A stretch of DNA of 63,382 nucleotides, counting the filler, from Sphacelaria rigidula (lineage: Eukaryota), in the NCBI GenBank assembly GCA_964200075.2. It is 5 parts of 5 records of this genome, joined end to end, with 100 filler letters (N's around TTAATTAATTAA, not from the genome) between each part and the next. Parts side by side here need not be neighbours in the genome. Positions count along the whole stretch, not along the records: positions 1 to 12,599 come from CAXNAA020003583.1; 4 more parts are not named here. One strand, 5' to 3'. The notes beneath the pieces are model-generated. The model was given only the letters and a program-made list of their open reading frames with translations. It had not been told where the DNA came from and searched no databases. The translations under genes were made by a program, and so were the position numbers. Below are positions 1 to 12,699 of this stretch, piece by piece. The stretch's first letter is position 1, and the number at the start of each line of letters is the position of its first letter.

Positions 1-136
1 TTTTAATCCTCCGGGTTCTCATCCTCAATCAAAAGCACCATCCTCAACATAGATGATTGGCTGTTATTAGGGAGCATGCGGTCATCTACACGAAAATCGC
101 TGATCGTGACGTTAGGCCAAAGAAAGCACTGTTGAG

Positions 137-440
137 AGTCATGCTACGATAGGGGGTAAACTTATGATCTTGCACGCTGTAATCGCATGGCCATTGACGT
201 CGAATCCCTACAAATAGCCGCGGGACGGAGCATTCCGAGTTTTCACCGGACCAGGCAGTCCCATAAATAATCACCAAGTGCGAAGCGCCGTGAGGTGTTC
301 GGCGGGTCGCGTGAAGAACGAGCTGTGCATCCTAGTAAGATTATTGGACTCGAAGCGCACCGAATATCTTGTAATGGGATGACAGCCTCCAGTGAGTTGC
401 TTCATTGTTTGTTATCGCCACTTCTTGCTACGATACGGGG
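137..440 (+). repeat. Dispersed non-autonomous repeat family A
   Basis: Homologous at 3490-3610, 31690-32110, 62975-63270 and 51100-51225 (-). Starts GAGTCATGCTACGATAGGGGG, like the 24455 MITE TIR. Confidence 0.7.
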
Positions 441-1439
441 GGGGGGTGTTGATTGATTTCACGAAAAGAAGGCTTATAGGTGTGTTGGACGACCTGACAC
501 ACCCAACGACGTTTTCGTGAGATTGAGAGTAGCGCGCTGTTTGAGAACGGTTTTGATCGCTCGCTTTAACTGAGCCAATTTTTCAACCCGTGTGTGCTTT
601 TCTTTGCCTCCATCGCTTGCTTGAGCTCACAGCTACACGTCGATATCCTACTCGGGGATATTTAGGCCTCAGTGACAAACTACTACAGAAGGCATATTGG
701 GCCTCGTGGAGGGGCATTTCGGAATTGAAACGCTCCATTCACTAATAATAATTGACCGCTTTTCACTCTCAGTTGTATCCTCTACTCTCAATTTTACGAA
801 AACACTGACGGTTGCTCGCGTTGTGCTTGCATTTGAGCAATAACGGTGTCGAGTAGTATGAATGAGTGCTATTTATCCGAACAAGAGGATCCGAACAACC
901 GCTCGCTGCTGCTTTCAAAGACGATTTGAAGTTGTTCGGCCCGCTGGGGTTACGCTGGCCATGTCCTTTCCCCACACATATATCTTCACACATACATGCG
1001 TGGGGGTTCCAAAAATACTAGGGCACACCTCTATGTTACAACATGTATTTTCCATTCCAACGCAAAAGCGCGGCTTCCCACATCATCATGCTGGTATATT
1101 TCAAGTGGGTCGTTTTCCCCGGCCAGGTACATCCAGCCATACGCCGACACTTACTTGAGTGTGCTGTGTTGTCATCCAATTTATTGTACACGCCAGTCTT
1201 CAGACCTTTAGGTAAGTGTATGTGGGCGCATCGCAGCCGGGGTCACACAGGAGGAAGGTCAACCCAGACTGGCCCAGAGGAGATCACCTTTAAAAATGAG
1301 GTTGTACCGTATACATCGAAATAATAATTGGGTTTCAACTGCAAAATGTTGCTTTTTCTGACCTGAATAAAGTCATGGCAATTGACTGTTACATAGACGA
1401 CCTCATGCCCCCGACTCCCCTGATACTACTTTTGGGGGT

Positions 1440-2036
1440 TACCCGCCTTCCTTTCCCCCAAAGGGTATGTGCGAAAGCGCCTTTTTGACTCGATTTCGGG
1501 ATGAAAGAAGGGACGCTTTCAACATCCGATCATCGAAATTGAGGATGGAGCTTTTCATCGAGGATGATAACCCGGAGGATGAAAATCGTCGTATCCACAC
1601 CAAATCTTCGAAATATGGTTGGTTATATTTTTTCACCTAGTGGTAGCTATTGGCAACTGCTGCTACACGACCCATAAATTGGATTTCGAAAACCGAAATG
1701 TTGGTGTCTTCAATGAAGAAACGATTTTCGGGAATTTAGGTGATCCGATCGGATCGCCGTAATTCCTCGAAATCTGTTTTGCACCTAGGACCCCAACATT
1801 TCGCTTATCGAAGTCCAAATTTTCATGACATGTAATACTTGTCAATAACTATCAGTAGGTGAAAGAATGGAACCATATTTCGAAGATTTGGTGCGGACAC
1901 CACCAAGATCTTCATCCTCCGGGTTCTCATCCTCAATGAAAAGCTCCATCCTCATTTTCGATGATCGGCCGTCTACTAACCCGAAGATGGGACTTTCACA
2001 CATGCCCTTTGTTCGGGGAAAAGGAAAACGGGAAAC
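1440..2036. repeat. Foldback/MITE-like element with long degenerate inverted arms
   Basis: 1440-1620 is the reverse complement of ~1865-2036; another piece is at 1-130. Confidence 0.7.
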
Positions 2037-2204
2037 CCCCACGAGCAGTGTCAGTTAGGTTGCGGGGAGGAGGTCGTGCAGATGAAAGTTATTTGCCGTC
2101 ATTTATACAGGAAAGACATGGTATTGAAGATGGAGCCCATTTCAATGCTCAACATCATTTTCGAAGATTATTTTTGTTACATGCGTTATTTTTTTCATTT
2201 TGTC

Positions 2205-2455
2205 CACGTTCTCCACCTTCCATCTGCGGTACTCTTCTTTCTCTGTATTGCGGAAAGGATTCAGCAACCCCCTTCCCTCTCGTCGTTCGTGAAGTCGAAT
2301 GATGTGTGCACCTACGATATATCGTCGCTCTCTACTGTTGGGCATGGTGTTGAAAAACAAAGTCTCAGATCGTGCGACTTCACCGAGATTCGAACCCATG
2401 TCCTCACTAACCGTCGTCAGCAGAGTTCGAGGTTACCAACTGAGCCACCGGGACA
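2205..2455 (-). mobile_element. tRNA-derived SINE, 5' part
   Basis: A and B boxes; similar to 5750-5976. Confidence 0.7.
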
Positions 2456-3883
2456 CGAGCGACAGCGATATAATACAAGAATATACAAGACGTGAGAACA
2501 ACACGTCGGCAAAATATGAGTGAAATGAAACGAAACGTAGGGAACCTCCAAAACCCCCACTCTGGGAAGAATATGTCGGGATCAACTTAGATTTCCAAGA
2601 CGTGCAGCATTTGGTTGACTCATTCTGGATGAGGACAGGGGATTTCAATTCGCAGGGAGAGACATGACGTGCAAGACATCTAGGCGCCTAGCCACTATTA
2701 AGCTGGGCGCGGTATACTTTGCTCCACGGGAAACCGTCCAGGGTTGAAGAAGTAGCAATAATTCGTGTGGCGCTCGCAAACCTTTGCGAGAGGTGCGGTT
2801 GACTGTTCCATCATTCGTCTTCAGAGTCACGAACATGACAACTCATTGTTCTTCCCTCGTTTTGGTAACAAAAATACCCAAACAAGGCATAGCGCGTTGG
2901 TACGTTCAAGATCTGTTGCATACACACCCTTGGGCTATTACACATATCTGTCCTGTAGCTGTCAACGGTCAGCAGAGGTGTGGCCTGCTCACGCTTTCTT
3001 CACGTCCGAACAAACTAGCACCGACGGTCAAAGCCCAACTCGTAGCGTTGTACAGTTCGGCCGCTCGATACAAAACGGGCGCCCCGATCCGAAGCGATTT
3101 CGCCATTTTGCCCGGCCGTACAAAAATTGTATCTGTGGCATATGGTCAAATATGTCCCCATGACAATTGGCTCATGGCAAACGTTACAGAATCGGCCATG
3201 TGTAGTCAACAATGTTGTCCCCATAATATGTGGTCTGTAGATGGAAATCACACATGTGAAACGTGCCATGCTTTTTGGGTCAGAGAACTAGGTAAAACGC
3301 ACGACCGCACGAGACCCCCTCACGTAAGAGTCCATCAATATCTCTATTCCATCATTTGCACACGAGCAAATCCCCGGAACTCCGCGAACTCCCCAAGCAA
3401 TCCCTGGTTCATGCTAGGAAATACTGCCGGTGAAGATCAGTAAGGTTTTCGACGTGTCGAACTGATCTGCCAGGTCACCAGTAGTCTACTAAATGTATAG
3501 TGGGGGGTATACTCATGATTTTGTATGCCGTAGTGACATGACGATTGATCTTGTATCCCTACAAGGCGGGACACAGCACGCCAGGGTTTCGCCGGACCAG
3601 GCTCGAGTGGGGGGAGGGGGGTGAGTGGGGGGGGCAGTTTATTACTGCGTTCATCGCTCTCTTGAGCGCCAGAAATATTGGATATTTGGAAGCTAACGAG
3701 CGATCAATCTTCCGTGCAAAAAAGCCCTTCCTACTCCACCGGATACTTCAGCGCAGCAACCATTGGCGGAAGTCATTGGTGCTCCGTGTTTCTCAACGGG
3801 GTATTTTGAACCGACGAAGCCGTAGTGCAAAGCCTGCAATGAGTTCCCGGTAGGAGATGCGTGCCCCTTCGTTGCACGATGAG

Positions 3884-4009
3884 CTACGCGACGGGAATAT
3901 GGCTGAGTTCATCAATGGACGAGGCCATGTCCGCCATAACCTCATCTGACACCTGCTTCCATGGCAGCCCGCCGGGGGGACTGAGGAACAGGCGCAGAGC
4001 TTCCTGGAC
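3884..4009 (-). CDS. MSH5: Probable terminal exon of MSH5
   Basis: cag acceptor, phase 0, VQEALRLFLSPP...IPVA followed by TAG. Confidence 0.6.
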   Translation of the reverse strand, partial: VQEALRLFLSPPGGLPWKQVSDEVMADMASSIDELSHIPVA

Positions 4010-7000
4010 CTGCTTCATGCGGAAAGTGGACAAGGAGTGGGAGACGATGGGGTGAGGGCGGTAGGCGGGGAAAGGAGATAGCCGGGCATCGAGGAAATAA
4101 ATGCATACAGATGAACAGACAGGCGAGCGGACAGAAGGGCAGAGAGGCAGGCACGCGGGCAGGCGGTTAGATAGACAAGCACATAGGCACACAGGCACAC
4201 ACATAGGAAGGTGCAGACAGCCGGGGTTCGGAGAAGCGGGCAGGCCGGCCCCGCGGTCAGATAGCATGGGACAGAGATGGAGACACAGTCGGAAAGATGC
4301 AAGTGTAAGGAAGAGTCAGAGAATCAGTCAGGCAGACCGATGGATGAGGGGGCATACCAACAGAAAAATGAGATACAGATTTAGAGTGACAGAACGACAG
4401 GGAAACAAACTGAGACGTTTAAGGCATACTCCTTAAACCGCCCAGGGTAGTCGTAGTGTCATTTTTGAAGTGAAAAATGGTGCCGGTTTACCGTATGGTC
4501 CGCTTGGGGCGTTGAAAGATTAACCAGATAAACCATCCTGGCGGTTGAAGGGTCAAGGCGCATACACACGGTGGATACGTGTTTTTGACATAGCAACGCC
4601 AACACCCATGTGTACGGAGTCAGGCAGATGAGAGGAGGTGAGCGTGAGTAGTGCGCTGGGCCTAACAATCAGTTATAAATTTCATGTACGTGGGAAAGAA
4701 AAGCGCCTCGGCATGTATTTTCATTCCATCAATCCCTTACACCAGGAGAGGTCAATTTCATCCACTGGGGTGTGATGGTCTCCTTCTCCTAAAGCATGCT
4801 TTTCACGAAACCTACAAGGACTGCCGTGGAGATGGACTTATCATCGAAACAGTTGGAGAGGCGTACTGCACTAATGAAGCAGAGGTGCACGCTTCTTATT
4901 GACTGAGGTTTATGATAGTCTTTGTCGGATGGAATGCTGAAGCACCACACTTCTAGCGCCTCCAAAACGTCAAAACAACGCATTACTTGGAGATAGTCGT
5001 GATGGCGAGAGCCTGCACAGCAGCGACGCTTAAACGTATCGACGTAAGTGGCCATGAGGTCACTCATTTGGCATCAATCGGGAACACCTGGCAATCAGGG
5101 TCAACCCTTTGTTTGGAAGCCAGGATTGTTGGTGTTGTCCGAGTCTTATGGTCATCCTCCAGGTTAAAATGGGGATTCAACAGACTGATAACCTTGGCAT
5201 GAAGAGGTTGACCATCAGATCCAGGTTGTGGATTTGGGTTCGTGAAGAGACAAAATCGTCAAGGGATTGGCGGATATGGCAAAGGCGGGTCAAATGTGAC
5301 GGAGGCCACATCAAGTGGACCTGGGGCGCGCCGGGGGTATGCTCTGGATCTTGCGTGCCTTAACCGTAAGACCATTGAATTCGCTGACCTTGGGGCGCGC
5401 AGGTGACGGGGGGTGGGGGTGTTCAGTGAAGAAATCGGCGCACAGAACACGCCAGTATCCTATGAAATGCAGCTTGGGTCATCTGTGCCCAATCATGCTT
5501 CAAGTACAGCTCATGCTAATTCCACTGTGAACCCCCCCGGTTTTCAGGGGGCGTTGGCCGCGAACCAGCCCAATGAAAATCGATTATCCATTATATTGTA
5601 CCACTCCATGTATGTGTGTACGTGTTGTCATCCCATCTATTCTGGGCGCCAGTCTGCACCTTTCGGTATATTATGTGGGTGCAGCAGCGGGGGTCAGACG
5701 GGAGGAAGGCCGGCACAATATTCGTTCATTTTTTATTTGTTCCAGTTTTCCACCTTCTTGTTGCGTCGCTTGCCCTTTTTCGACACAACAGTGGTACAGC
5801 ACTCCCTTTTTCTAGTCGCCTGTGAAGTCGAATTATTGCGTACCGACAACACAGCAGCTTTCCACTGTTGGGTATTGTGTGAGAAAGAATCCCATATTTC
5901 GACTGCATCGAGATTCGAACCCACGACCCGACCGTCAGGAGGTTTCGGGGTCCCCAACTGAGCCACCGCTGCGACCGGTGTTTGCGCTGAATATGTTTTA
6001 TGGCTCATCTTACATACAGTAAAGTACCCATCTCTTCGCGGTTAACGCGTTACCCTTTCACTACGGGGGCGGGTCATCTGAGTCTGACAGCAATCATTCA
6101 AGTGACTGCCGGATCAAGGGAGGCTAGTATACTTCTTCGAGAACCCCTGTCCCCCTCCCCGTCCCCCACGAGGAAGGGGATATCAGATGTAAAAGGTCTT
6201 GTGTAGTGTATGGACGAAACGTAATGGGCGCCCAGGTGTTGGAGGCGTCTCTATTAGGAGTAAGAACGGTGCTCCGTGTCGCAAGGGATGCGTGGTCAAT
6301 GGTCAAACGACAGAAGCAAGCAATAAATGAGTACGCCCTTGCTCCGTGTCGCAAGGGATGCGTGGTCAATGGTCAAACGACTAAGGCAAGCAACACATGA
6401 GAACGCCCCTCCCCTCTCCCCTCTGTCCCAACGCGAGACCTCCATTACTACGACATACGATATCTTCAGTACAACCTCCATCATCCTTCTGCGGATGTTT
6501 TCGGAAATATTACCGATTATGCACATAGTTCTCCCCAACCCCAACATGCATTCTCAACAGCTGCTTTCAGCGAAATACAGATGTCTTTTTGTCCAGCCGG
6601 CGCTCAGGCATCATCTATTGATCAGGTGATTGATTGATTGTTGCACAGCAACTGATTCCCGAGGGACGCACACGTGGTCACAAGGTCAACGTCATATATA
6701 TATATATATATATAAATATAAATGTGCATGCTAGAGGGCAAAGTCCGGAGTTTTCACGCTTGTTCGAAGCCAAGTATGTATTTCGTACAGTCTATGCGGC
6801 ACCCAGGAATACCAATACGAATTTCCCGGGGAAACGGGACAGGGATTCCCCTCCTCTCGGAAGCGACAGGATGGGAAATGTTCGCGTTGCATAAAAACTG
6901 ACCAAACGAGCCAGGAATTTTTTCCGTTGCCAAAACAATCGAGGGACTGGAGGTGCGCTCCTGGGGACACGACGGGACGGGAGGGGAACAGGGGTGTCGC

Positions 7001-10000
7001 GATCAAACCTTTCCGTCCAGTCCCGTTGTCACGGAGGGGAACGAGTGTCGTCCCCCCATATTCCCACCTCGGCCCATCTCCACAGGAAAAGGAAGACTAC
7101 CCCGTGATATTCCCGTCCCGCCATATCTCGTCCTCATAGGCACGGTGTACAAACACCCCGAAATATGGACGCTAAGACCAGAATTTTGTACGGCCAATGT
7201 TTCCACGCATCATCAAACATAAATCAAACCCCGTGATATTCCCGTCCCGCCATATCTCGTCCTCAGAGGAACGGTGTACAAACACCCCGAAATATGGACG
7301 CCAAGACCAGAATTTTGTACGACCAATGTTTCCACGCATCATCAAACATAAATCATCATGAACTTTGTTCGTATGATACATGATTCACATCTGGCAAAAG
7401 ATCCGCATAGTACTAACATATCAAGATACTTTCTATTTGCTGCGCGATTGGACAGAATTTCTGCTCCACTGACGCAACCTCCTGTTGAGACGGCACGGGA
7501 TGTTTTACAAGGTATAACGGGGAGCACCCACTCGCGTCCCGTGAGGACGAGACGGGATCGGGAACAATCGGGACGGGGTCGGGCCGGGCCGAGAACGTTC
7601 CGGTCTTCCCCCAAAATCGACGGGCAGGACGGGAACGTTTTCCCATGCCGAAACGAACTGCGGGACGTTTCCGTCTCCCCCAAAATCGATAGGGCAGGAC
7701 AGGAAAAGTGTCCCGATGCCCAAGGCTACGGGACGGAACGGGAAATTTGGGATTTTTTTCGGGACGGCACGGGACGGAACTTGCGCCCCTTGACATACTA
7801 CTGAACGGGACGGGACGGGAAGCCCCCTCCTGAAAATGGATGTGACGAGAAAATCATTTCTGTCCCGTCATTTTCCTGGGAGCCTTTCCCACCTGTGCAA
7901 AGCTTCTCTCGATAAGACGTGAGTGCAATTGAAATATGGCGACTAAAAACACAGCATGTGGAGAAACTCATCCCTCACTTTCTCCAAAGTGAAGGGTTTG
8001 GGGGTAGGAGCTTGGAAAATATCTTCACATGCCCCCCTTGGACGGAACGTGATGTTCATCTGCGGGCGCTCACCGGATTCATTGCTGCGAAAACGACCAC
8101 TATCCACCCGGAGAAGGCATCTCATAGGAGATGATAGCTTTCCTTGATCAAGCACAACTCACATACCTTCGGAGATGAGAGTGTAGGTGCCCCTGCTGGG
8201 CGTCCCCGTGGTTTCGCCATTATTGCCTCTCCTCTGCTCTCAGACTGGACCACTTCCCTGGCACGGGAGAGGACATCAGCCGGAATACCTTGCCCAAGAC
8301 AAGGGTTGCCGATGATCCAGAAGTTTATATAAACGCCAGGTTTCGTTACGGAACGAAGCATGCTAATAGTGCACGAAAAAAAGCGGTCAGAAAGTCGAAC
8401 GGCGAGCTTCCACGTGGCAGAATTTCACACAATCCAAATCCCCGTGCGCTGCGATACGAGACAGGCGATACTCCTACCGTTTGTCGGCGGTGGTTGCTTC
8501 GATACGGACCACGCGGGTAAATTCATGTCGGAAGCACATTTTGGATACTGAGTTGCACACTCTCCCATCTAAGACGAGCGTTGTGATACAAACAGTCAGC
8601 TATGATCACACATGCATGTATGTACCGAATAGGTGGGCCATACAACGTGAAACTCCGGATGATAGAGGGTACTTGCACGTCGCCTGAAGAGCGGTCGCCA
8701 GTCATCTGAGTGACGTTATTATCATACGTTAAAGTTGGACAAGCGTGTTTCTGATGCTATTCCCCCATGAGGACCACACGGACTTACACTACATCCTCCA
8801 ATTTTCACTGCACGATTGCTCGTTTCTAAAACGGAGTAGCAGCAAAGCACCCTTGTCTATGAGGCCTGAGATTTCCTACCCTCATCATCAAATTTCACAG
8901 TAGCACTAAAAGCACTCTCGTCGCATGCAGCGTGCGTGGCTGACGAAATATAATAGTATTTTGTGCGCCGTTGGATTGTCCATCGCGCCCGTGCCCATGT
9001 ATGAGTTCCAGTACAGAACAGAATAGAACAGTACCGTACACACTGTGGCTCCCCATCGACGATATATACACGGGGGCACAACAAGTGGCGCTCACTACTA
9101 ATGTATCGGCACGAATTCCGCACAAAAGCACGAGTTGAATTGTTGACAGTTAAAGCTATTCTCTCACCAGCAATCTGCGCGCAAGCAATACCGTGGGATG
9201 TCGAAGTGATACCCGGAGTGAGCTTGAATATAGGGAGAGGCAAAGAGGTGGCTCCATCTTCATCCCCAACCACTCCTTCACCCATTGGGTCTCGCTGCCG
9301 GGAGTGACGCCAAGCAAATGATCGGCCTGCTGAAATGCTTGCTATGGCAAGGAAAACTCGGGCTAAACTCCCGGGCTGCACGATTGTACACACATATATA
9401 TATATATACATGCCGGCACAAGGCCTCGAACTTAGTTGCATGTACGGTAGCTGCCCCGCGCGATTGGGATCCCGTCGGCTACCAGGGACGGGAATATCCT
9501 GTAAGGGAAGGAAAACGCGCCCGCATACTAGTGACAGCATACAGTTGACATCAAACGTGCGTGTGCAACGCCAGAAACGCACCATGGAGATCGAGCAATG
9601 TATCCCACGTAATAGGAGTAGGATCTCCTTGTACATGAAGACAACCGAGACCTGACTCGGTGCGTATTAACGCAGAACTTCTATAGTGAAGCGGTAGGCT
9701 ACCACGCCCATTCTGAGTTGGTGTACATTAATCGTTCAAGCTTGTGGGCGAAAGGATATACGTTTTCCTCGATGTTATCAATGGGTACTTCATAGAGTAT
9801 ACTGCACATGACGCGGGAGGCGGCCGCGCGGGGAGGGTGGATTCACTCTGGTACTGATTTCGTTGGGCTCGAGGCGATGAGAACCGGGTTTGGCGCTTCT
9901 GCTTTCAAAGACGTGACATTCCAAAACACGATGCCCATCCAAAACCAGTTCCAGGGAAAGTCTTGTTCTCCCCAGCATCACCATACCGTGGGACAATTCG

Positions 10001-12440
10001 TAGATTGCGGTCGTTGAACCTCCATGCGGAACACGGTCACCCCGTGGAGCTCCGTCTGCATGTCGTTCTGCCCCCGCACCTTCACTAATCCTTGACTGCG
10101 CACATCACGTAGTCAAGTGACGACGAGTGTATCAAGATCTGGGTGAGCCTAGTCGAATCCAGAACGTGGAGCCTCTCATTCATTCCATCTTCGGTAGTGA
10201 CGCTCGGGCGGCGGCAAGCGGTCCTGAAAAACGCGCTTGAAAGTTTTGCCGATCAACATATCCCCCGCAGCCCCATACTCCATCTACAGGACTGCCTCGT
10301 CCAATCCATCGTATTATTACGCGAGTTTCATCTCACAGAGATCCATCCGTCGGTCTCGACGCTACCATACGGTCTTGAAACGAAATCACTTGGCGACTAT
10401 TGCCGGGCGGGGGGGGGGGGGGTGCGCTGCGCTGAAGGTAGCGCAGTTGCGAAATCAACATATATAGAAGCGGAGACAGTCCAGTACGTCGTTTTGGGAT
10501 CCATTCCCCCACTCGTGAAGATACATTTGGTCATCGAAAGCGCGTGTCCGACAAACCTGGCGGGATATACTTCAGTACGGTATGAGGCCTGAGCCCTCGA
10601 GAGAAGAGTCACATAAAACGCTACATTGTCTCTTCTCAGCCCGTCTCTGTGTTTCTCAAGCTCACCTAAAGACCTCATGGAAATGCAGGGTGAAGAGGCA
10701 AGTGCGACCGACCCTTGACAGATGGCGGATCAAGGCGGCCACAAGGGCTATCCCGTCCACTGGAGCGGTGCCTTTCCCGAACTCGTCGATCAAAAGCAGC
10801 GATCGATCCGTGCTGCTGCGAATCATGTGTGCCACCTGTGAACGTGCATTTTCCTTCTGTTTTGATGCGACCCATGCACCGGTACTTGTTTGATCCTTCA
10901 TCATCTCCACTCCCGCGCTCACTCTCTTAATTTCGACCCCGACTTTGTCAAACCAGAACAGATCAGTCATCGGTGATCTGTGTCTGTATGCATCCCTTCA
11001 AAATACGTTCGTCATTCATCCGTCCATCCATCCATCCATCCATCCATCCATCCATCCATTCATTAAAAAAACACGTTGAATTTCAGTACAGTAGCTCAGC
11101 ATGTAGCTTTCAACACATTCTTGCCCTAGCCGAAGCGGACACCGTTCTTCCATGTAACTGTAGAGACAAAAGGTATCTTATGTACAGCAGATCCTGTATG
11201 ACTATCCATGTCATCCTCCTCCCCGTAACATTCAAGCCCTGTTGCAGTCTCGTAGAGGGTGGTACAGCGGGATAAACTTTCCCTCAGCCGGCCGAAAAGA
11301 CGTTTGCCATTTCTCTAGTCCACAATCACCATCCTCCCTGCGTCTGATCTGCCACCTACCTCACATTTCACTTCCGACAAAGCTTCCGCACGATGAAGTG
11401 ATTCGTATGACACCTCCGATATGCCTCTCATCATGTTCGCGCCTCACCCAACGTGTGAATCTCAGTGTCCGCGCAATCCAGACCGGATTCGAACTCACGG
11501 TAACCCATTGACTGCACGTTTCACCCCCGATAAGCTATTTGAAACTGTCGGGACGAAAACCTCATTCATTGCCTTGAGCAATTGCTATGGGAGATGATGA
11601 ACGCTCGAGAGCAGCGAAGCTTTTACACGGTTCATGGGCTCGATGTGCGCGAGTCGTGTACGATGTTGACAAGACTTTCACTCCGTCGATCGTGACTTCA
11701 AGGACGCACCTGGTTCGCATCTATGGTAAATGCGCTCTGCGGTACTGCCGAGGTCTCCACCGTAGATATTCGTGTGAATATTCTGTCCGTCAGGCCGATC
11801 ACGGCTCTTTCCGCGGGCACGAACGCGCCCACGTGTGCCAGATACACGATCACCCCGACCTATATCACACAGAGAAGTATCCACACACACACACACACAC
11901 GTATCGCAGACTATGAGTTGATGTACAAATACATCAGGCACATTTTGTGTGGGTAACGGTTGATGAATGTCCTGCAAACTGGGTGACAATGCCGCCATGT
12001 ACAATCATCAGATGTTCACACCACCAGCTAAATTGAGTCACAGAGCGCGTTAGAAAGAGACATGAAATATACACACTACCTACCTCGGTTATCTCAAGCG
12101 CCCCGGCACATAGTGACCCTAGTATACGATAGAGAACACCAGCGTACTAGAGGAGTCGCCGTGACAATCCTCCCCTTTCGGAATACTGACCATCGGGTTC
12201 ACTGACAAAAAACTGCTGGCAAAAAAAGGAAGACGCCGACGTCCATCCGTGTCTGTCAACGGAAACGCCACGGGCGGCGATCTGTACGAGACGTGGGGGG
12301 ACGGCATCGTTGAGGGGATGTGCTCTTGCCTGCTTGAGGTACACGCTCTTCCCTGAGCAGTTTGCGCCTGTTATGAGAGCCACGCGACTGCCCTCCGCGG
12401 TGAAGGTATCATTAGGAATGAAAGCATCCACTGTCAGCTC
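3884..12440 (-). CDS. MSH5: MutS homolog 5 (MSH5-like), 3' exons encoding the ATPase domain V and C-terminus; 5' part lies beyond the contig end
   Basis: Exons read with AG/GT(GC) boundaries: 12440-12330 (ELTVDAFIPNDT...ITGANCSGKSVYLKQ, Walker A), 11859-11710 (VGVIVYLAHVGAFVPAERAVIGLTDRIFTRISTVETSAVPQSAFTIDANQ), 10835-10666 (RSLLLIDEFGKGTAPVDGIAL...TLHFHE, Walker B), 10095-10020, ~9330-9168 (FKLTPGITSTSHGIACAQIAG), 8288-8167 (GIPADVLSRAREV) and terminal exon 4009-3884 ending TAG. The SxFxIDxxQ and IDEFGKGT motifs are typical of MSH5. Exon structure between 10020 and 9330 is uncertain. Confidence 0.88.
5610..5976 (-). mobile_element. tRNA-derived SINE, near full length
   Basis: Pol III A box TGGCTCAGTTGG and B box GGTTCGAATC at the head, AC-rich tail. 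Homologous pieces at 2205-2455 (-), 1160-1265 (-) and 51620-51840 (+). Confidence 0.75.
6271..6410. repeat. Tandem dimer of a 70-bp unit
   Basis: gctccgtgtcgcaagggatgcgtggtcaatggtcaaacgac at 6271 and 6341. The same unit forms the core of the 36186 palindrome and recurs at 50610. Confidence 0.85.
6825..7900. repeat. Non-autonomous element rich in GGGACGGGA/TCCCGTCCC motifs with an internal ~129-bp tandem duplication
   Basis: Many motif copies in both orientations; 7100-7225 is repeated at 7229-7355. Confidence 0.65.
8167..8288 (-). CDS. MSH5: MSH5 exon (HTH dimerisation region)
   Basis: GIPADVLSRAREV continues in phase from SHGIACAQIAG; gtatgt donor. Confidence 0.8.
10666..10835 (-). CDS. 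MSH5: MSH5 exon, Walker B
   Basis: cag acceptor, SLLLIDEFGKGT and THFHE-like motif, gtgagc donor. Confidence 0.9.
11017..11060. repeat. (CATC)n microsatellite
   Basis: About 10 units. Confidence 0.9.
11710..11859 (-). CDS. MSH5: MSH5 exon
   Basis: tag acceptor, 50 codons including LAHVGAFVPA and DRIFTRI, gtgcgt donor. Confidence 0.9.
12330..12440 (-). CDS. MSH5: MSH5 exon, Walker A
   Basis: cag acceptor, 37 codons including TGANCSGKSVYLKQ, GC donor (gcaaga). Confidence 0.88.
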
Positions 12441-12599
12441 CTGCGCATGATTCCAACAGTTTCCGTAGTAAGTTAGCAAGGGCACCAGGCCGGACATTTC
12501 CAAGGGTCGGACAAATCAATGATTCGTCTGGAAATTACCTGGTTTTAGTGTAATTGATTCGAATCGAACGAAGCAATCCCTAGGCTTTGTTTTCAGCGT

Positions 12600-12699
12600 N
12601 NNNNNNNNNNNNNNNNNNNNNNNNNNNNNNNNNNNNNNNNNNNTTAATTAATTAANNNNNNNNNNNNNNNNNNNNNNNNNNNNNNNNNNNNNNNNNNNN
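12600..12699. other. Artificial contig linker (N-TTAATTAATTAA-N)
   Basis: 100 bp of Ns around a six-frame stop linker. Confidence 0.97.

Noticed and set aside
2372-2455. tRNA gene (also 5900-5976)
   Set aside because: A and B boxes are present but there is no proper cloverleaf, and the sequence continues into a shared SINE body.
2784-3443. 219-aa ORF
   Set aside because: No recognisable motif or exon signals; probably a chance ORF in repeat-derived DNA.
4700-5300. Decayed coding-like sequence in the MSH5 intron
   Set aside because: Fragmented frames and no domain recognised.
6271-7355. CRISPR-like arrays
   Set aside because: These are only two-unit tandem duplications without unique spacers, in a eukaryotic context with no cas genes.
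8857-9636. 259-aa ORF as a standalone gene
   Set aside because: It is read-through of MSH5 exon(s) into introns and includes a TA microsatellite.
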